Shown in pieces: positions 50,276-54,515 of a DNA stretch of 54,515 nucleotides. The stretch is from positions 64,001-118,515 of the IMG/VR virus record IMGVR_UViG_3300003691_000001. One strand, 5' to 3'. Made by a program: the position numbers and the translations under genes. The notes under the pieces are model-generated. The model saw only the letters and a program-made list of their open reading frames with translations, was not told the DNA's origin and searched no databases. Within the stretch, counting starts at the first letter, position 1. Every line of letters begins with the position of its first letter. The DNA comes from a virus (lineage: Duplodnaviria > Heunggongvirae > Uroviricota > Caudoviricetes).

Positions 50276-50509
50276 TTAGTTAATCTTTTGAAGGATTCTT
50301 AATGTGGTATTCTTTTTAATGCTTACATTCTTCATTCTGTTGATGACTAATAATTCTTTCCAATTATCCGTTGGCCTGCTAGAAATATAGTGATTATCGA
50401 ATCCCTTGTCAAGCGCTTTCTTTTTCTTAAGCGCTGCAACGATACCAGTATGTCTAGCCAGTGTTATAGTTTTTCCGTTTTCTTTCTTGTTGATATAGAA
50501 CATGTGCAC
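50276..50509 (-). CDS. Early-type basic hypothetical protein
   Basis: 77 aa; GAGG RBS. Confidence 0.55.
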   Translation of the reverse strand: MHMFYINKKENGKTITLARHTGIVAALKKKKALDKGFDNHYISSRPTDNWKELLVINRMKNVSIKKNTTLRILQKIN

Positions 50510-50716
50510 CCTCGAAGGTATCAGAAGTGTAGGAGAATTTAAGATCGATCATTAGCTTTTTCATAGTTAGAACCTTTAAGTGATTTAGGCATAATTGCCT
50601 ACTAGCTTTCTTCATTTTAGAAGAGGCTTTTCGCCTCAACTTGGAACCCATTATAGAGATTTGATTAAGGTTGTAAAGGGTTAATTTCGTTTATTTACAC
50701 ATTCTTTTCAGGTAAT

Positions 50717-50738
50717 AAAAAGCCCCGGTTAAGGGGCT
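50717..50738 (-). terminator. Rho-independent terminator
   Basis: AGCCCC-TTAACC-GGGGCTTTTT. Confidence 0.7.
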
Positions 50739-50765
50739 AGTGTATACAGTCGGCACTGTACCAGG

Positions 50766-51008
50766 TTAATAGTATACGCCCTCTACAGTGATTACACGCC
50801 TTTCAAACCCATTACAGCTATCATCCCTTAACCACATTGTTACAACGGTTTGACGGTTTTGCATGACAGTATTAATGGTTTCCTCTTTAAACATTTGCTT
50901 AACAAACTTAGGTTTAGAGGTTAGTTCCCGAATAGGGACACCGTTTTGCACTTGATACCACTTAGTAATTTTATAAACCATGGTTTTACCCTTGTTTATG
51001 CTGTTCAA
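50766..51008 (-). CDS. Early-type hypothetical protein
   Basis: ORF track; true start may be MVYK. Confidence 0.55.
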   Translation of the reverse strand: MNSINKGKTMVYKITKWYQVQNGVPIRELTSKPKFVKQMFKEETINTVMQNRQTVVTMWLRDDSCNGFERRVITVEGVYY

Positions 51009-51309
51009 TATACTGCCTAGCAGCTTCCTTATGTATACAGTTTTTACCGGCTAAGGTTAAGTAATCACCTAAACTTTTCATCTTTTCACCTACACCGCCT
51101 ATATTCATGTTATCCCACGTTTCTAAAGGGATATCGTTTAGGTGTTCACACTTGCTGCTCAACAGCCTTTCAGCGCCTATAATACCGGCTACCCTTTCAG
51201 GCATACCCTTTAAAACGAATTGCGCATAGTAGGCTCTATGAGCTTCCTTGCCGTGTGTGTTAGATAATGCTATGTAGTCTGTATATGTCATAGGTAATTT
51301 AATTTTCAT
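50986..51309 (-). CDS. Early-type hypothetical protein
   Basis: HRAYYAQFV...LNDIPLETWD...C..KEAARQ. Confidence 0.65.
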   Translation of the reverse strand: MKIKLPMTYTDYIALSNTHGKEAHRAYYAQFVLKGMPERVAGIIGAERLLSSKCEHLNDIPLETWDNMNIGGVGEKMKSLGDYLTLAGKNCIHKEAARQYIEQHKQG

Positions 51310-51378
51310 GTTATATCATCTCTTATCTAAAGTAGTTAGCGCATAACGCGTTAACCCATAACTGACACTATACGCGAA

Positions 51379-51843
51379 TTAGATAGTATTGCAAGGGAAT
51401 AATTCAGAATAAGGCGTTAAGTCTAATCTAATAGGATTACCATTTAATGTTTGATTGCTAGCTATTTCAATGTAACCCTCTTCAAAATTAGCATTAGAAT
51501 TAAGCCAAGCTTCCATATTGGCCCATTTTTCAACATGATAAGCCGGTTGTACATATTCATTATGTGTGTCAATAAGCTGTTGCTTACTATTTTCTATAGT
51601 TTTTTGAGCCTTTAGGCTTTCAATATCATCTTGATAAGTGTGCATAGCTTCGGCTACCGCCTTGAACATTTTCTCCCTTACTGCTAAACGTTCCATATTG
51701 AACATATAATCAGGATCACCTTGCATCTCTGATACAAGCTCTCTGCGTTCCATTTGGTTTACACGAAAATCAGCCTTCATGCGTGAAAGGTTAAGCTTCG
51801 AGCTTGCAATAACTTCAATTGGTCTATGTGTATTCTGTGACAT
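51379..51843 (-). CDS. Early-type hypothetical protein
   Basis: 154 aa; AAGG RBS. Confidence 0.6.
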   Translation of the reverse strand: MSQNTHRPIEVIASSKLNLSRMKADFRVNQMERRELVSEMQGDPDYMFNMERLAVREKMFKAVAEAMHTYQDDIESLKAQKTIENSKQQLIDTHNEYVQPAYHVEKWANMEAWLNSNANFEEGYIEIASNQTLNGNPIRLDLTPYSELFPCNTI

Positions 51844-51912
51844 TGTGGCCGCCTTTGATGCGTTGCTTTACTGGAATAACGCTATACTACCACACAATAA
51901 CACCATTGCAAG

Positions 51913-52302
51913 CTAAATATTCACCTCTTCTGCTAATTCGTTTAATCTTATAAAACAATAATTTTCTTCGTCTTCACCTGACATATTAGGTTCCCACACT
52001 CTACCTAGTGAAGATTGTGCAGCATATGTGGGTGAGTCTTGCCCACCGTGCCAGTTCACATAGTGCCAATATGCACCTATTATAACATCATCTAGGGTAT
52101 ATTCACCAAACTCACCTATTGACCATAAATGTTCGGTATCTTCATGCTCTTTGCAATATTTATACACAACGTTTCCTAACAGGGTTAGTGCATCGGTTAT
52201 GCGGTTATAGTCCAACTCTCCGTCGATGCGAAATAAAGCCTTGTTTAAAACTTTAAATATTCGTTCAATATTGCGTGTACTCATTTTTATACCTATAGAC
52301 AA
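51913..52302 (-). CDS. Early-type hypothetical protein
   Basis: GAYWHYVNWHGGQDS.TY..QS.LG.VW.P motif. Confidence 0.65.
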   Translation of the reverse strand: MSIGIKMSTRNIERIFKVLNKALFRIDGELDYNRITDALTLLGNVVYKYCKEHEDTEHLWSIGEFGEYTLDDVIIGAYWHYVNWHGGQDSPTYAAQSSLGRVWEPNMSGEDEENYCFIRLNELAEEVNI

Positions 52303-52601
52303 TAATTTGTTTTTGAACCTGTTGATAAATTTCTTTCAAACCGCTCAAGGCTTGCCATATTTAACCTATTCATGTTAGATAGAACATTAAACTCAAATGA
52401 ATAAGAACCTGAATTTTGGTATACACTCCTTACAACATCCCTTTGTATAGCCAGTTGATTTTCTGTGAAAGGCTTCCCGTTTAATAATTGCGTTGTACGT
52501 TTAAGAGCTGCTAGCTCATTACTTAACCGCTCTACCTGGTCATTGTGTAATCGTGTAGTCTCTTTATTAAGCGCCTGTAATCGTTCAATTTCTTCTATCA
52601 T
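52293..52601 (-). CDS. Early-type hypothetical protein
   Basis: 102 aa; coiled-coil N-terminus. Confidence 0.6.
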   Translation of the reverse strand: MIEEIERLQALNKETTRLHNDQVERLSNELAALKRTTQLLNGKPFTENQLAIQRDVVRSVYQNSGSYSFEFNVLSNMNRLNMASLERFERNLSTGSKTNYCL

Positions 52602-52604
52602 GGT

Positions 52605-52898
52605 TTAACCCTTCTTAGCATTAGATTTGGCTATGGGTGTGTATAAAACCCCATCGTGTAAGATGGCCTTAGCCTTTCTGTATCTGTGAAACTGGTTTCT
52701 ATACACAGCCCCTCCTAATAGTCTAGAAAGTGTTTCTATGCTTTCTCCTATTTTCCCCTCATGCTTTTCTATGAATTCCCCCATAGTAACCACATTTGAT
52801 ACCTGTACAGGCTCGACGGGTGTAGGTGTGGCTACCTCTGTTGACATTGTTAGAAGCTGTTGTGCTATCTCTAAAAGCTTTGTTTGTTTATTGTTCAT
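52605..52898 (-). CDS. Early-type hypothetical protein
   Basis: 97 aa; AGGG RBS after promoter. Confidence 0.6.
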   Translation of the reverse strand: MNNKQTKLLEIAQQLLTMSTEVATPTPVEPVQVSNVVTMGEFIEKHEGKIGESIETLSRLLGGAVYRNQFHRYRKAKAILHDGVLYTPIAKSNAKKG

Positions 52899-52931
52899 AA
52901 CTTAACCCTGCTTATCTGTGAATGTGAGCAC

Positions 52932-52961
52932 ATTAGAGCATGTATCGGTTTAGTGTGTCAA
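52932..52961 (-). promoter_or_regulatory. sigma70-type promoter
   Basis: TTGACA-18nt-TCTAAT with TGn extension. Confidence 0.55.
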
Positions 52962-53084
52962 CACTTAGCTACATAAATAAAAACGCGTAAACGGTTTATC
53001 GTTCTTTAATATCCCTTGCACTAGGACAACGTTTTAATAAAATCTTGATATGAAATATTCTATGTCCCTATTCATTCTAAACCC

Positions 53085-53223
53085 CCTGTAAGCCCTTGTA
53101 AGAGGTTTTACCTCCTACACTGGCATTGGTATTGGTTGACCCTATAAAACCCTGTAAAGGGGATGTATAGCCTTGTAGACCTATATACAGCGCTATAGGA
53201 AGCGCTACAAGGTTTACAGGGTT
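53085..53223. repeat. Intergenic inverted-repeat element
   Basis: AACCCTGTAAA/TTTACAGGGTT and CCTTGTAG/CTACAAGG arms; CTGTAAGCCC shared with the 4.6-kb element. Confidence 0.6.
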
Positions 53224-53378
53224 GTTGAAAGCTCTCAACCCTATCAAAGGTTAGTAAGGTTTATAAACAACACCCTATATTCTTCTTTACTGTATACAAG
53301 CTTTACTCGTTACACTCGTAAACCTTATATACACTAAAGAAGAAAGACTACAATATAAAACCCTATATTAAAATCTTT

Positions 53379-53406
53379 AGGGTAACATAGAATTCAGTGT
53401 TGTCAA
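53379..53406 (-). promoter_or_regulatory. sigma70-type promoter
   Basis: TTGACA-16nt-TACCCT with TGn; same TATGTTACCCT as at 29919-29929. Confidence 0.45.
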
Positions 53407-53510
53407 GCACTAATTTCAAGGTTAATTAACCTTTCATTGATCTACATCATACAAACGGTTTAGGGATTAGGAACTCCCTTTTAAGGGTAGGTAGCGTTTA
53501 GCAACCCGAC

Positions 53511-53972
53511 TCATATGCGCCCCTGTATTGCCGTGTAAGAGGCGCTAGCCTTACCCCTAACCCTAGTATCAATCTGGGGTGAAACCGTCTCAGGCGTTAA
53601 TTGTGAGCCTCCTAAGGCCTCTAATCGATCGTTGACAGTATTTAGTTGATGTTGTGTAAACATTGTAAGGCTTTCAAGCTTTAATTCTAAGCGCTCTATG
53701 CTGTCAAGAGCTATACCGTGTAAATAGGTTCCCTCTTGCAAGTATCCAGCCTTTTCTTGTGCTTTTTCAATCATACTTGTATAGGTCTTTTCAGCATTGT
53801 CAAGTGTTATTTGCAATTGTTCAGCATTTTCCATAAGCTGTTGTTTTTCTTGAGAAACGTCTACAGCGCGAAGCTTAGCCCCACCTTGATCTTTTACAAT
53901 GTCAAGCGCTATTTGTTCAGCTCCACAACCCGACAAAATGGTTATAAGTAATACAAGTGTTAATAACTTCAT
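53511..53972 (-). CDS. Lipoprotein with coiled coil
   Basis: MKLLTLVLLITILSGC lipobox; GGAGG RBS. Confidence 0.7.
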   Translation of the reverse strand: MKLLTLVLLITILSGCGAEQIALDIVKDQGGAKLRAVDVSQEKQQLMENAEQLQITLDNAEKTYTSMIEKAQEKAGYLQEGTYLHGIALDSIERLELKLESLTMFTQHQLNTVNDRLEALGGSQLTPETVSPQIDTRVRGKASASYTAIQGRI

Positions 53973-54082
53973 GTTATAAGCCTCCACTGGCTAGTACTGA
54001 ATAACTACAGTAAAATGTAGCTGATATGATTATCATTGTAACAATAAGCTCTAAGGAGCTTTCCATAGTATCCATGATATCC

Positions 54083-54436
54083 TTAAAATTTGCAAACGAT
54101 TTTTTGAATTCCGGCCCAGTATCTATATTTATCAATATTTCCGGCTTGGTTCCAACTAGCCGTTACAATCTGGGCTTGTGCACAAACTTCATATTTAGTA
54201 CCATGAAGTCTAGCACGGTTGAACTGACTTTCGAAGTCTTTTGCGACTTTTATTTTAATGCTCTGTAGATTAATTTCGGTTTGCTTTTGTAAACTTTCTT
54301 GATAGTTACTAGTGTTAAAGGTTGGTAGTGTGAATCCAGGACGGGTGAAAGTTATAACACAATAGATTGTTAATGCAAAGACAATAAAGCCTAAGGCAGG
54401 TTTTAATAAGCTATCGTTATTTGTTGATATGGTCAT
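54083..54436 (-). CDS. Membrane-anchored protein
   Basis: One N-terminal TM helix; C-terminal EVCAQA...KYRYW...IVC; AAGGGA RBS. Confidence 0.65.
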   Translation of the reverse strand: MTISTNNDSLLKPALGFIVFALTIYCVITFTRPGFTLPTFNTSNYQESLQKQTEINLQSIKIKVAKDFESQFNRARLHGTKYEVCAQAQIVTASWNQAGNIDKYRYWAGIQKIVCKF

Positions 54437-54457
54437 GATAGTATCCCTTACTTATCT

Positions 54458-54515
54458 AGATCAGAAGAGCGTCGTGTAGGGAAAGAGTGTAGATCTCGGT
54501 GGTCGCCGTATCATT
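54458..54515 (+). other. Illumina TruSeq universal adapter read-through (artefact)
   Basis: AGATCaGAAGAGCGTCGTGTAGGGAAAGAGTGTAGATCTCGGTGGTCGCCGTATCATT, 57/58 identical to the adapter reverse complement. Confidence 0.98.

Noticed and set aside
1-54457. Stop-codon reassignment or suppressor tRNA
   Set aside because: Long genes are intact in the standard code and no CTA/TTA/TCA anticodon tRNA was found.
1-54457. Temperate module, DGR or retron
   Set aside because: No integrase, repressor or reverse transcriptase motifs seen; they could lie outside the window.

Overview
Partial genome of a tailed dsDNA phage with siphovirus gene order; essentially all real genes are on the minus strand. Read right to left: (i) 46.2-54.4 kb, AT-richer cluster of small early-type genes in sigma70 promoter/terminator cassettes, containing three canonical chromosomal-type parS palindromes; (ii) ~1.3 kb non-coding repeat block at 44.9-46.2 kb; (iii) 27-44.9 kb accessory genes including an orphan radical SAM enzyme, NADAR, NMNAT-Nudix, NAMPT, a PnuC-like mini transporter, PhoH, an HslV/proteasome-like Ntn hydrolase and a HicB-like protein; (iv) 24.5-26.7 kb, 16 tRNAs plus several tRNA-like or structured RNAs, followed by a ~540-nt structured non-coding stretch and an Acb2-like anti-CBASS gene; (v) a translationally coupled fibre operon containing an APS kinase (cysC) and a sulfotransferase next to a Ser/Thr-rich 22-aa-repeat protein; (vi) terS, terL with a class 3 intein, portal, minor head, scaffold, capsid, an RcGTA-like head-spike module, neck and tail genes, a tail chaperone with an A-AAA-AAG -1 frameshift, and a tape measure gene running off the left edge. 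No integrase, repressor, DNA polymerase or endolysin was recognised in this window. The last 58 nt are Illumina TruSeq adapter. All family assignments come from motif recognition by eye, not database searches.
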